Below are positions 29,209-37,275 of a DNA stretch of 64,000 nucleotides, one piece after another. Made by a program: the position numbers and the translations under genes. The notes beneath the pieces were generated by a model. That model did not search any database. It worked only from the letters and a program-made list of their open reading frames with translations, and was not told the origin of the DNA. Each line of letters opens with the position of its first letter. Within the stretch, counting starts at the first letter, position 1. The DNA comes from Pontiella sp. (GTDB taxonomy: Bacteria > Verrucomicrobiota > Kiritimatiellia > Kiritimatiellales > Pontiellaceae). The stretch is from positions 64,001-128,000 of the forward strand of contig JBNKHE010000008.1 in NCBI GenBank assembly GCA_050290185.1, written 5' to 3'.

Positions 29209-29970
29209 TCACGGATAGTCCTGGCGGGTGGCGCGGACGACGATATCGCTGATGTTCACGTTGGGCGGCTGGCTGATGACATAGTGCATCGCGTTGGCAA
29301 TATCGTCGCAGGTTGGCAAGGGACCGAATTTTTCATGGAAGCTGTCGACCAGTCCGTCGCTGTAGTTGGCGCCGGCCTGGAACCCGCTGATCACGATGCC
29401 CGGCTGTATCAACGAGACGCGCACCCCTTTGGGGCCGACGTCTCGGCGCAAGCCTTCGGCCAGTGCATGAACGGCAAATTTTGTGGCCCCGTAGACCGCA
29501 CTGAAGGGCGAAATATGTTTCCCGACCACCGATCCGACGATGACAATATCGGCCGCCGATTCCGGGAAGGCGGTCTTTTGGGTTTTCACCATATGTTGCG
29601 CCGCCTTTTGAATGAGCTGAAGCGTGCCGGTGACATTGATGTTCAGTAGATCCTGAAATTGCGATAGATCGGCATCTTTGACCGAGCCGCCGAGTCCGCG
29701 GCCGGCGTTGGCCACCACGATGTCGGCTTCATGGCCGAATCGGTCAATGGCGGTTTCGAAAAGCGAGTCCAGCACGGCCTCGTCCGAAGCATCGCCGGCC
29801 ACGCCAACGAAGGTATCGCCGAGTTCCTGCTCAAGCGCCGACAGCTTTTCGGAGGTGCGTCCATTGCCGACCACGTTGATTCCGCCGGCTACAAATTTCC
29901 GCACTGTTGCCTCCCCGATGCCGGAGGTGGCTCCGGTAATGATCGCGATACGGTTTTTATTTGCAGTCAT
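29209..29970 (-). CDS. SDR family oxidoreductase (YdfG/ribitol dehydrogenase-like)
   Basis: TGATSGIG, NAG, YGATK catalytic motif. Confidence 0.92.
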   Translation of the reverse strand: MTANKNRIAIITGATSGIGEATVRKFVAGGINVVGNGRTSEKLSALEQELGDTFVGVAGDASDEAVLDSLFETAIDRFGHEADIVVANAGRGLGGSVKDADLSQFQDLLNINVTGTLQLIQKAAQHMVKTQKTAFPESAADIVIVGSVVGKHISPFSAVYGATKFAVHALAEGLRRDVGPKGVRVSLIQPGIVISGFQAGANYSDGLVDSFHEKFGPLPTCDDIANAMHYVISQPPNVNISDIVVRATRQDYP

Positions 29971-30160
29971 GATTCATTTTTCCTTTCTTGCAGTGGGCTG
30001 GAGTGATCACGCTTTGTCCAGTTTTTACGGGTAGGGGGTGGTTGGTGAATACCTGGACAAACAGGAGCCAGTAGAACGGGATCAGGACCAGGCCAAAAGG
30101 GCGACAGGGATGATGGCTGTATGTTTTCGGGTTGCTGTCACGATTGGTTTCCGAACCTGC

Positions 30161-30721
30161 TCAATTGTCGCCGAGCGCAGTCTCGATGGCTTTAATGAGT
30201 TCGGCATCATCCGGTTCCACGGCGGACCGGTAGCGGCCGATTAGGTCTCCGTTGCGGTTGAAGAGGAATTTCTCGAAGTTCCATTTAACCGGGCCTTGGT
30301 CGGAGAGGGGAATCGTATCGGATGTCAGGTATTGGTAAAGGGGAGAGGCGTTTTCTCCGTTGACATCAATCTTGCTGAACATCGGAAAATCCACGGAGAA
30401 CGTTTTCTCGCAGAACGTCTTGATCTCGGCCTCCGATCCGGGCTCCTGCTGGCCGAATTGATTGCATGGGAAGCCCAGAACAACGAAGCCGCGCTCCTGA
30501 TATTTTTCATAGACCTTTTGCAACTGCTCGTATTGCTTTGTGAAGCCACAGTGGCTCGCCACATTGACGACCAGTACGACCTTTCCCGTGTAGGAACCCA
30601 GTTCAACCGGTTTGCCATCAATCGACATGACGGTTCCCATCAGGGGCTTTGTTTCAATGTCCGCCGCCAGGACAGCTGTAGCGGTAATCATCAGGACTCC
30701 TATCCATGCAAATCGACTCAT
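30161..30721 (-). CDS. Glutathione peroxidase family protein (Cys type), with signal peptide
   Basis: NVASHCGFT, FPCNQFG, WNFEKF motifs. Confidence 0.93.
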   Translation of the reverse strand: MSRFAWIGVLMITATAVLAADIETKPLMGTVMSIDGKPVELGSYTGKVVLVVNVASHCGFTKQYEQLQKVYEKYQERGFVVLGFPCNQFGQQEPGSEAEIKTFCEKTFSVDFPMFSKIDVNGENASPLYQYLTSDTIPLSDQGPVKWNFEKFLFNRNGDLIGRYRSAVEPDDAELIKAIETALGDN

Positions 30722-30909
30722 CGGGTTTCCTTTCGTTTGGGCTCCCTTTTGCGGAGATAGTACGGGGGTAAAGAAAGAATACAAGACGTAATCGGAGTGT
30801 AAGCGGGGGCGAATATAACGTTGTATCGGTGGGCTGCGGGAGGTTGATGCAGGCGAGTGCGAAAGCGCTGAAACTCTTACATTTCGCTCAATGCCGCCCG
30901 GCAGTCCAA

Positions 30910-31482
30910 TTATTTAGTCATGCGCTGCAGATCCTCATGCACGTGATACAGCTCTTCATTCACTTTCTTCATGAAATTGCAAAGTGAACACGAACTCCCG
31001 AGATAAATACTCCCACATGAATTGCACTGGGAATAATTGTTTTTGTATTCGGGATGGGTATGTTTTTCGGGGGCATACTCCGGGTGGTTATGGTCTGTAG
31101 GCGCATATTCATTGTGGTCATGAGAAACAGAAGCATACTCGGAATGTTCATGATCCATGGGAGCGTACCCGGAATGTTCATGCACCATGGGAGCATAATT
31201 GGAATGTTCATGATCCAGAAGGGCATACTCGGAATGCCCATGGGCGAGGGCAGCGTACTCGGCGTGTTCGTGGTCTAAAAATGCATATTCAGAATGATTG
31301 TGATTTTGATCGGCTTTGATGCATGCAGGGCAGTGATCGCCCCTGTATAGAACCCTGCAAGAATCACATTCCTCAAATACAAGGGCATCTTTTGCATCGA
31401 AGGCCATTGCAGCTACATAGATAATAACGCCCCACATCAATAGGATGTTCACGAATATGGCAACTGTGGTTTTTCTGCTCAT
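30910..31482 (-). CDS. Membrane-anchored His-rich repeat protein with two CxxC-x8-CxxC motifs
   Basis: GGAG RBS; N-terminal TM helix; CDSC...CPAC, nine HxHxxY units at 10-aa period, CNSC...CSLC. Confidence 0.8.
   Translation of the reverse strand: MSRKTTVAIFVNILLMWGVIIYVAAMAFDAKDALVFEECDSCRVLYRGDHCPACIKADQNHNHSEYAFLDHEHAEYAALAHGHSEYALLDHEHSNYAPMVHEHSGYAPMDHEHSEYASVSHDHNEYAPTDHNHPEYAPEKHTHPEYKNNYSQCNSCGSIYLGSSCSLCNFMKKVNEELYHVHEDLQRMTK
31045..31302 (-). repeat. 30-nt coding tandem repeat, about 9 units
   Basis: Recurrent 'gcatactc ggaatgttca tg' and variants at 30-nt period. Confidence 0.85.
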
Positions 31483-31611
31483 CGCTCTCCCCTTGTAATC
31501 AAGCGGGCCAAACTAGCCCTCATACTTTTAAAGATTAATCCTTCTGCTATATTAAGAGGGTAAGTATGAAAAACAAGAAGCAATTGGGGGCGAAGAACCG
31601 ACGACTTGCTG

Positions 31612-31696
31612 CAGACAGAGGCTGGTAGAGCGACGGCAGAGAGAGCTGAGGGTTGTTTAGATTAATCGGCTGTGTTTGCTCTGCTGGCTCTGTGTG
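31612..31696. repeat. Long imperfect inverted repeat with CAGAG/CTCTG units
   Basis: cagacagaggctggtagagcgacggcag ... ctgtgtttgctctgctggctctgtgtg. Confidence 0.45.
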
Positions 31697-31842
31697 AGGA
31701 ACATAGTACCATGCGGTGTAGATCGAAGGCGGGAGATTGTCGCATTTGCGGCGCATTTCCACGGTTTGGATTTCAAATCATCGGTCGGTCGTGCTAGTTT
31801 CTGTCCCGCTGTTGAAAACACAAAATGAAAAGCCGCTGAAGT

Positions 31843-32715
31843 ATGAATATTGATCAGGTATACAAACAGGTTGTTGAAAAAATCCTCCGGGAGGGAAAGA
31901 AGAAAACCAACCGGACGGCCACGGATACCATTTCCGTCAGTGGCTGTATGATTGATTACGACATGGCCAACGGCTTTCCGTTGCTCACGACCAAAAAAAT
32001 GGCGTGGAAGACCCTCCGGGTCGAACTGGAGGGATTCATCAAAGGCGTGACCGACAAATCGTGGTTTCAGGAGCGCGGTTGCAAAATCTGGAACGAGTGG
32101 TGCTCCCCGGCGAAGGTACCGTACGGCCATGACGAGGCTACGCTCAAAGCCATGGCAGAGGAACCAGACCTCGGCCCGATCTACGGTTTCCAGTGGCGCA
32201 ACTTTAACGGTCGGTACGAATTCGGTGCCGAAAAATTTACCGGCGGGATTGATCAGCTGGCCCGTGCGATTGAAATCCTGAAGACCAATCCGGACAGCCG
32301 CCGCATCCTGGTGAATGCCTGGAATCCGCAGCAGCTCGACCAGATGGCGTTGGTTCCGTGCCACTATTCCTATCAGCTGCTCTGCAACGATGGCGTACTG
32401 GATTTGCTCTGGAACCAGCGGTCGTGCGATATCTTCCTTGGCATCCCCTTCAATATTGCATCGTACGCCCTGCTGCTGGAGCTGATTGCCAAGGAGTGCG
32501 GCATGAAAGCCGGCAAGCTGATTGGCTTCCTCGGCGATGCCCATATTTATGTAAACCATCGGGCGCAATTGGAAGAGCAGATGAAACGCGAGCCCTATGC
32601 GCCGCCGACGCTGAAGCTGGAAGGATATAAATCTATTTTTGAGTGGGAATGGAGTAATGCCACATTAGAAGGCTATGAATGCCATCCCTCCATTAAAGGC
32701 GAGGTGGCGGTTTAA
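31843..32715 (+). CDS. thyA: Thymidylate synthase
   Basis: FPLLTTKK, IWNEW, LGPIYGFQWR, MALVPCH, QRSCDIFLGIPFN, DAHIY. Confidence 0.97.
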   Translation: MNIDQVYKQVVEKILREGKKKTNRTATDTISVSGCMIDYDMANGFPLLTTKKMAWKTLRVELEGFIKGVTDKSWFQERGCKIWNEWCSPAKVPYGHDEATLKAMAEEPDLGPIYGFQWRNFNGRYEFGAEKFTGGIDQLARAIEILKTNPDSRRILVNAWNPQQLDQMALVPCHYSYQLLCNDGVLDLLWNQRSCDIFLGIPFNIASYALLLELIAKECGMKAGKLIGFLGDAHIYVNHRAQLEEQMKREPYAPPTLKLEGYKSIFEWEWSNATLEGYECHPSIKGEVAV

Positions 32716-33158
32716 TGATTGCGATTGTTGCCCGGTCGGTAAACGGCATCATCGGAAAGGACGGCGGCTTGCCGTGGCGCTGCAAGGGCGATCTACAGTT
32801 TTTCAAGCGTACCACGATGGGGCGGAAAATTGTGGTTGGCCGCACCACCTTTGAAGGACTACCGCCGTTGAAAGGGCGTGAAATCTTTGTGCTGACCCGC
32901 AATCCGTCCGTACGTTTTGAGGGGGGCACCGCCGTTTCCAATCCCGTTGACGTTCCGGCCGATGCCATCGTATGCGGCGGCGCGGCGATTTATGACCTGA
33001 TGATCCCGCAGTGCGACCGGTTGCTGGTGACTACGGTGAAACAAGAGGTCGAGGGCGATACCTTCTTCAATGCCCAATGGCTGGATGGATTCGAACCGGC
33101 GGAAACCCTCGAAGAGACCGCTGAATATTCGATTGTTTCCTACCGACGATCGGTCTGA
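32715..33158 (+). CDS. folA: Dihydrofolate reductase
   Basis: IGKDGGLPW, DLQFFK, VGRTTF, PLKGR, GGAAIY, EGDTFF; TAATG coupling to thyA. Confidence 0.95.
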   Translation: MIAIVARSVNGIIGKDGGLPWRCKGDLQFFKRTTMGRKIVVGRTTFEGLPPLKGREIFVLTRNPSVRFEGGTAVSNPVDVPADAIVCGGAAIYDLMIPQCDRLLVTTVKQEVEGDTFFNAQWLDGFEPAETLEETAEYSIVSYRRSV

Positions 33159-33310
33159 TCGGCGTGTAACGCGAGTGGGACAAAGAATAATCAACTGGGC
33201 AAAGCGTGCCACAGGTATTCGCTTAAAATGACGACCCGAGATGAAGTCGAGAGAGGCTCCGCATCTGCGGGCAACGAAGTGGCAAATAATAGAACGGGCA
33301 CTTTTCCACG

Positions 33311-33342
33311 TCAGGCCGTCCGTTGGGGCGGCCTTTTTCTTT
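33311..33342 (+). terminator. Intrinsic terminator-like hairpin
   Basis: AGGCCGTCC-gttg-GGGCGGCCT followed by a T-run. Confidence 0.7.
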
Positions 33343-33361
33343 TCCGCTTGATTGAAAGTGG

Positions 33362-34975
33362 ATGAGAGCGGATTTTAAAGACATGTTACGCTGGCTTAAA
33401 CTCTGGATCGTCCTGTTCCCTTTCTTCGCATGGGGCGCACTGGACTTGACGCCGGCCGAGAAGGCCTTTCTAAAAGAGCATCCAGTGCTGCGCTACAGTA
33501 CGCTGCCGGATGCGCCGCCGCTGGAGTTCTGTAACGGACGAGGGGAATGTATCGGCCTGACCCATGATTATATGCGGAGGGTGGAAGAACAAACCGGACT
33601 GCGACTGGAGCATGTGCCGGCACAAACCCGCGCGGAAAAATTCGGAAACCTTCAATCGGGCCGCTGTGATTTTCTGCCGACCTTCTCCCCTTATGATGTG
33701 CCATCCGATGCGTTTTTGCAGGCGGACACCTATTTGGATTTCCCGCTGGTGGTTGCCACCCGGATGGATGTGCCGTACCTTAACAGTTTAAAGGCGCTGG
33801 CGGGGCATCGCGCAGGTCTCGTGGCCCGCATCGGCGTGCTGGAAAAATACAGGAATGATTTTCCGGGCGTGGAGTTTGTCCGCTGCTCGTCTGTCGGCGA
33901 CGGCCTCCAGCGGCTGTCGCAGGGAGAGATTTTCGGTGTGATCGGTCCGCATCCGGTCGTGGCGCACCAGATTCAGGAGCTCTATCTCGGCAACCTGAAA
34001 ATAACCGGAACGCTGGAAGAATCGCTGTCGCTTTGTGCACTGGTGCGTAAAGAACACGGACCGCTTCAGAGCATTCTGAACAAAGTATTCCGCTCCATCT
34101 CTTCGGAAGAAAAGGAGCGGATGCTGAACCACTGGTTCAGCATCCGTTTCGAGCAGGGATTCGATTACAGTCTGTTCTGGAAAATCATGAGCGGGACGGG
34201 CTTTTTGTTTGTGCTGATTATGGTCTGGTTAGGAACCGTGGTTCGCTATAACCGCAAGTTGAAGACTCTGAATGGCGAATTGGCGGATACACTGAGCGAG
34301 CGCGACCGGATTATGTCGATTATCAGCCACGACCTCCGTCAGCCGATGCACAGTTACGGTCGCTTCTTGGCTCTGCTTCAAAAAGGGGATGTTGATCCGG
34401 ATTCAGAAGAGGGTCGACGGATTCTTATACAATCCCGACAGCGTGGCGAACTGGCCATTGAGTGTATGGAAAATCTGCTGGCGCGCCTGAGTGCAGGGCG
34501 GAGTGTGCGGCATCCGGTACTGCTCTCGCCCTCTCGCATTATCGAAGACTGCCGCGAACTGCTTTCTGCATCGCTCGAAAACAAAGAGCTAACGCTGGAT
34601 AACCGCATCGATCCGGATATTCGTATTAAAGCCGACGAACAACGTCTGGCCGCTGTGCTGCGCAACCTGTTGAATAATGCCATCAAATTTTCAAATGCCG
34701 GCGCATTCATTGAGGCGGAAGCGGAGTCGCTTGACGGTGGGCTCCGCCTGAAAATCTGCGATCACGGCATCGGCATGGACGCGGAAACGGTTCGGCAAGT
34801 TCTTTCCGATGCGCCCACCGAAAGTAGGCGGGGGACCGGCGGGGAACGCGGCTCGGGAATGGGTCTTGGCCTTTGCCGGCAGTTTTTGAAAGCCGCCGGC
34901 TCGGAGCTGGAGATTAAAAGCGAACCGGAGAAAGGGACGTGCGTTTCGTTTGTTTTAAATGCGGAAGGAATATAG
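33362..34975 (+). CDS. Sensor histidine kinase with periplasmic substrate-binding (PBP2-type) domain
   Basis: Signal peptide, LTPAEKAFLKEHP PBP start, TM helix, SHDLRQP, NLLNNAIKF, DHGIGM, GSGMGL. Confidence 0.9.
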   Translation: MRADFKDMLRWLKLWIVLFPFFAWGALDLTPAEKAFLKEHPVLRYSTLPDAPPLEFCNGRGECIGLTHDYMRRVEEQTGLRLEHVPAQTRAEKFGNLQSGRCDFLPTFSPYDVPSDAFLQADTYLDFPLVVATRMDVPYLNSLKALAGHRAGLVARIGVLEKYRNDFPGVEFVRCSSVGDGLQRLSQGEIFGVIGPHPVVAHQIQELYLGNLKITGTLEESLSLCALVRKEHGPLQSILNKVFRSISSEEKERMLNHWFSIRFEQGFDYSLFWKIMSGTGFLFVLIMVWLGTVVRYNRKLKTLNGELADTLSERDRIMSIISHDLRQPMHSYGRFLALLQKGDVDPDSEEGRRILIQSRQRGELAIECMENLLARLSAGRSVRHPVLLSPSRIIEDCRELLSASLENKELTLDNRIDPDIRIKADEQRLAAVLRNLLNNAIKFSNAGAFIEAEAESLDGGLRLKICDHGIGMDAETVRQVLSDAPTESRRGTGGERGSGMGLGLCRQFLKAAGSELEIKSEPEKGTCVSFVLNAEGI

Positions 34976-35035
34976 CCATCGGGTTTTATGGGCTCTGCGA
35001 GTCGGAAAAAATGGATGCGCGCCTGTCCTGCGTCT

Positions 35036-35755
35036 CTACACACTGCAAGCGAGCTGTTGAAGCTTTTTCATGGCCGCGCGGCTCAGTTCGATGGTGGTGT
35101 TTGAGTTTTTAAACCAAAGCACCCCTCCGCCGCTTTTTGTTTCCAGGCGGTCGATGAGGGTCATATTGATCAGGTGGCTGCGGCCCACACGGAAAAACAG
35201 ATCTGGCGGCAGTTGCGACTCCCATGCGGCGAGTGTCTTTTTCAGCACAAACCGTTTGCCGTCGGCGCGGATCACATGCGTGTAGTTCTGATCGCTCTCC
35301 ACAGCAACCAGATCGCTGACTCGCGTAAAATATTTCTGGTTGTTGGTGTTCAGCAGGATCAAGTCGTCCGCCTTCCGCGTTGCGGGCTCGGAGATCGTTG
35401 CTGTTGTATCGGTGTTGAGTCGTTCGAGGGCACTTTCGAGCCGCGCGCGGGTCAGCGGCTTCTGGATGTAGTCGAGCGCATTGATTTCAAATGCGCGTAG
35501 GGCGTAGGCTTCGTAGTTGGTGATAAAAATAATTTTTGGCGGGCTTTCAACCTGTTCAAGCAGATCAAAGCCGGTGCCGTCGGGCAACTCGATATCGAGA
35601 AAAACCAGTTCTGTTTCAGGGTGTTCTTTCAGTAGCGCCAGCCCCTCGGCGTAGCTCGCCGCTTCGCCCAGCAGGCTCAGGCCGCCGATCTCTTTCAGGA
35701 GGCCTCGCAGCTGAATCCGCCCGGCCTCTTCATCTTCAATCAGGATGCAGTTCAT
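35036..35755 (-). CDS. LytTR family response regulator
   Basis: LIEDE, FLDIELP, AFEINALDYIQKP; LytTR domain FFRVGRSHLIN. Confidence 0.93.
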   Translation of the reverse strand: MNCILIEDEEAGRIQLRGLLKEIGGLSLLGEAASYAEGLALLKEHPETELVFLDIELPDGTGFDLLEQVESPPKIIFITNYEAYALRAFEINALDYIQKPLTRARLESALERLNTDTTATISEPATRKADDLILLNTNNQKYFTRVSDLVAVESDQNYTHVIRADGKRFVLKKTLAAWESQLPPDLFFRVGRSHLINMTLIDRLETKSGGGVLWFKNSNTTIELSRAAMKKLQQLACSV

Positions 35756-35858
35756 GGCATCAGCGTATAGCACACGGCGGCATGCTTTAAAAAGAGGTTT
35801 TCAATGTTCGGAAAAATGAAGCGGAATATTCGGAGGCGTTGGAAAATGCCGCTGATTA

Positions 35859-35891
35859 TTTCGTCACCCAACAACGGCGGTTTCATCACCC
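35859..35891 (+). promoter_or_regulatory. Direct repeat pair, candidate LytTR operator
   Basis: TTTCGTCACCC-N11-TTTCATCACCC (22-bp period), upstream of the PEP-CTERM gene and divergent from the LytTR gene. Confidence 0.6.
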
Positions 35892-35969
35892 CTTTGCCGC
35901 GATTTATAAATATGGAATAGAGTGTGCGGGTTTTGTTGCTACGTTTTTCTCAAAACAAGGAGATCACGT

Positions 35970-36809
35970 ATGAAAAACAAACTCATTTTAAGTGTGGCGG
36001 TTTTGATCGCGGTTTTGCCGCTGACCAGTTCGGCGATTCTCATTACGCGCAGCTATAACAACAGCACGTTGGACAACGATGATCATTTGCAGGAAGACGC
36101 TTCGTCTTCACAGGCAACAATCGGTTCGTCCAGTGCAACTGTGGATACCGCCGGAAATTCCAGTGGAAACATGGGATACCGCTTTACTGGGCAGACCTCC
36201 GCCTACAAAGCGGGATATATAATTCAGACGATTGACGTGACGGCGACATGGACTGTTACGGCAGAAGACTGGGAGGAATACAGCATTACCATTTCACCGG
36301 AACTGCACGCCTATCTCAATATTTATGATTACTCAACGGATGAAACTGATGATATCGCGGCCTTTAGCGCCTTAAGCTCGGTCCTGCGGGTAAACGGCTC
36401 CATCGTTTCGGATACGCTGGACGGCTTGAGCGGTGCGGTACGAGCAACGGACGGACCTTTTACTTTGGACAACACCGACTCACAAACCCTGAGCGGTTAT
36501 ACGGGCAACAATGTTTTCAGCCTTCAGCTCACCACAACGGCCTTTGTGCGGGCCCATGACGGTGGAGGACTTTTTGATAATCCAACCGGAAATGCGGTGC
36601 TTTGGGGGCAGGACGGCACGTTGGATTTTGAACAGAACACGTCCCACAACGGGTTTGACGAATATCCCTCGTCCTCGGACCTTAATGCAGATGGAATTTT
36701 TGTGGATGCAGATGTGACGCTGACCGCTATCCCCGAACCAGCCACCCTCAGCTTGATCGGTCTTTTTGGAATTGGAGTTCTCGGTGCTCGTCGTATCTTC
36801 ATGATGTGA
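35970..36809 (+). CDS. PEP-CTERM sorting-domain surface protein
   Basis: AAGGAG RBS, signal peptide, Ser/Thr/Asp-rich body, IPEPAT-TM-RR C-terminus. Confidence 0.93.
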   Translation: MKNKLILSVAVLIAVLPLTSSAILITRSYNNSTLDNDDHLQEDASSSQATIGSSSATVDTAGNSSGNMGYRFTGQTSAYKAGYIIQTIDVTATWTVTAEDWEEYSITISPELHAYLNIYDYSTDETDDIAAFSALSSVLRVNGSIVSDTLDGLSGAVRATDGPFTLDNTDSQTLSGYTGNNVFSLQLTTTAFVRAHDGGGLFDNPTGNAVLWGQDGTLDFEQNTSHNGFDEYPSSSDLNADGIFVDADVTLTAIPEPATLSLIGLFGIGVLGARRIFMM

Positions 36810-36830
36810 TTCCTAATGACGCGTGGTGGA

Positions 36831-36858
36831 TCAGGCCGTCCAATTGGGCGGCTTTTTT
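36831..36858 (+). terminator. Intrinsic terminator, near copy of 33311-33342
   Basis: TCAGGCCGTCC-aatt-GGGCGGCTTTTTT. Confidence 0.75.
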
Positions 36859-36949
36859 GTTGTTTCGCCGGGTAGGGACAGGGCGGAGGTTCCGGTGGGC
36901 GGTAATCAAACAATCATTACAGAGGACACGGGGGTGCACAGGGGTATTT

Positions 36950-37095
36950 CCGCAGTGCGACCGGTTGCTGGTGACCACGGTGAAGTCACCCGTCGAGGGT
37001 GATACCTTCTTCAGCGGCCAGACGGTTTTAAGCCGGCGGAAATCATCGAGGAGACCGATGAATATTCGATCGTCTCCTACCGGAGATCGGTCTGA
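36950..37095 (+). pseudogene. folA: Decayed copy of the folA 3' end
   Basis: Aligns with 33006-33158 (PQCDRLLVTTVK...EGDTFF...EYSIVSYRRSV*), with many third-position changes and a 7-nt deletion. Confidence 0.88.
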
Positions 37096-37275
37096 TTTCC
37101 TGCCCCATCAGGTTTCAAAAGCCGCCCTTTCCGGGCGGGTCAAGGCGGTGCCATTCAGGGTTGACACCATGGGTGTTCAAGATAAATTTATACACTGACT
37201 CTTTATGTTCAATGCGAGAAGGATACGCTCGATGTAAGTGAGATGAATCGATTAGAAAAACTATAGGGGGGTAAG

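Noticed and set aside
30161..30721. Selenocysteine in the glutathione peroxidase
   Set aside because: The active-site codon is Cys in an uninterrupted frame.
31045..31302. 30-nt periodic repeats as a CRISPR array
   Set aside because: The units are contiguous, degenerate and in-frame coding, with no unique spacers or cas genes.
31566..31628. 20-aa ORF MKNKKQLGAKNRRLAADRGW with a GAGG RBS as a leader peptide for thyA
   Set aside because: No attenuator logic is evident; it runs into a decayed repeat and is more likely a remnant or chance.
33159..33310. Possible c-di-GMP-I riboswitch before the terminator and kinase gene
   Set aside because: Only fragmentary resemblance (GAGTGGGAC, GGCAAA); I could not build the P1/P2 structure. 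An Rfam scan would settle it.
33006..37095. folA 3' duplicate as a DGR template/variable repeat pair
   Set aside because: Differences are not adenine-specific, many are synonymous, and no reverse transcriptase is in the window.
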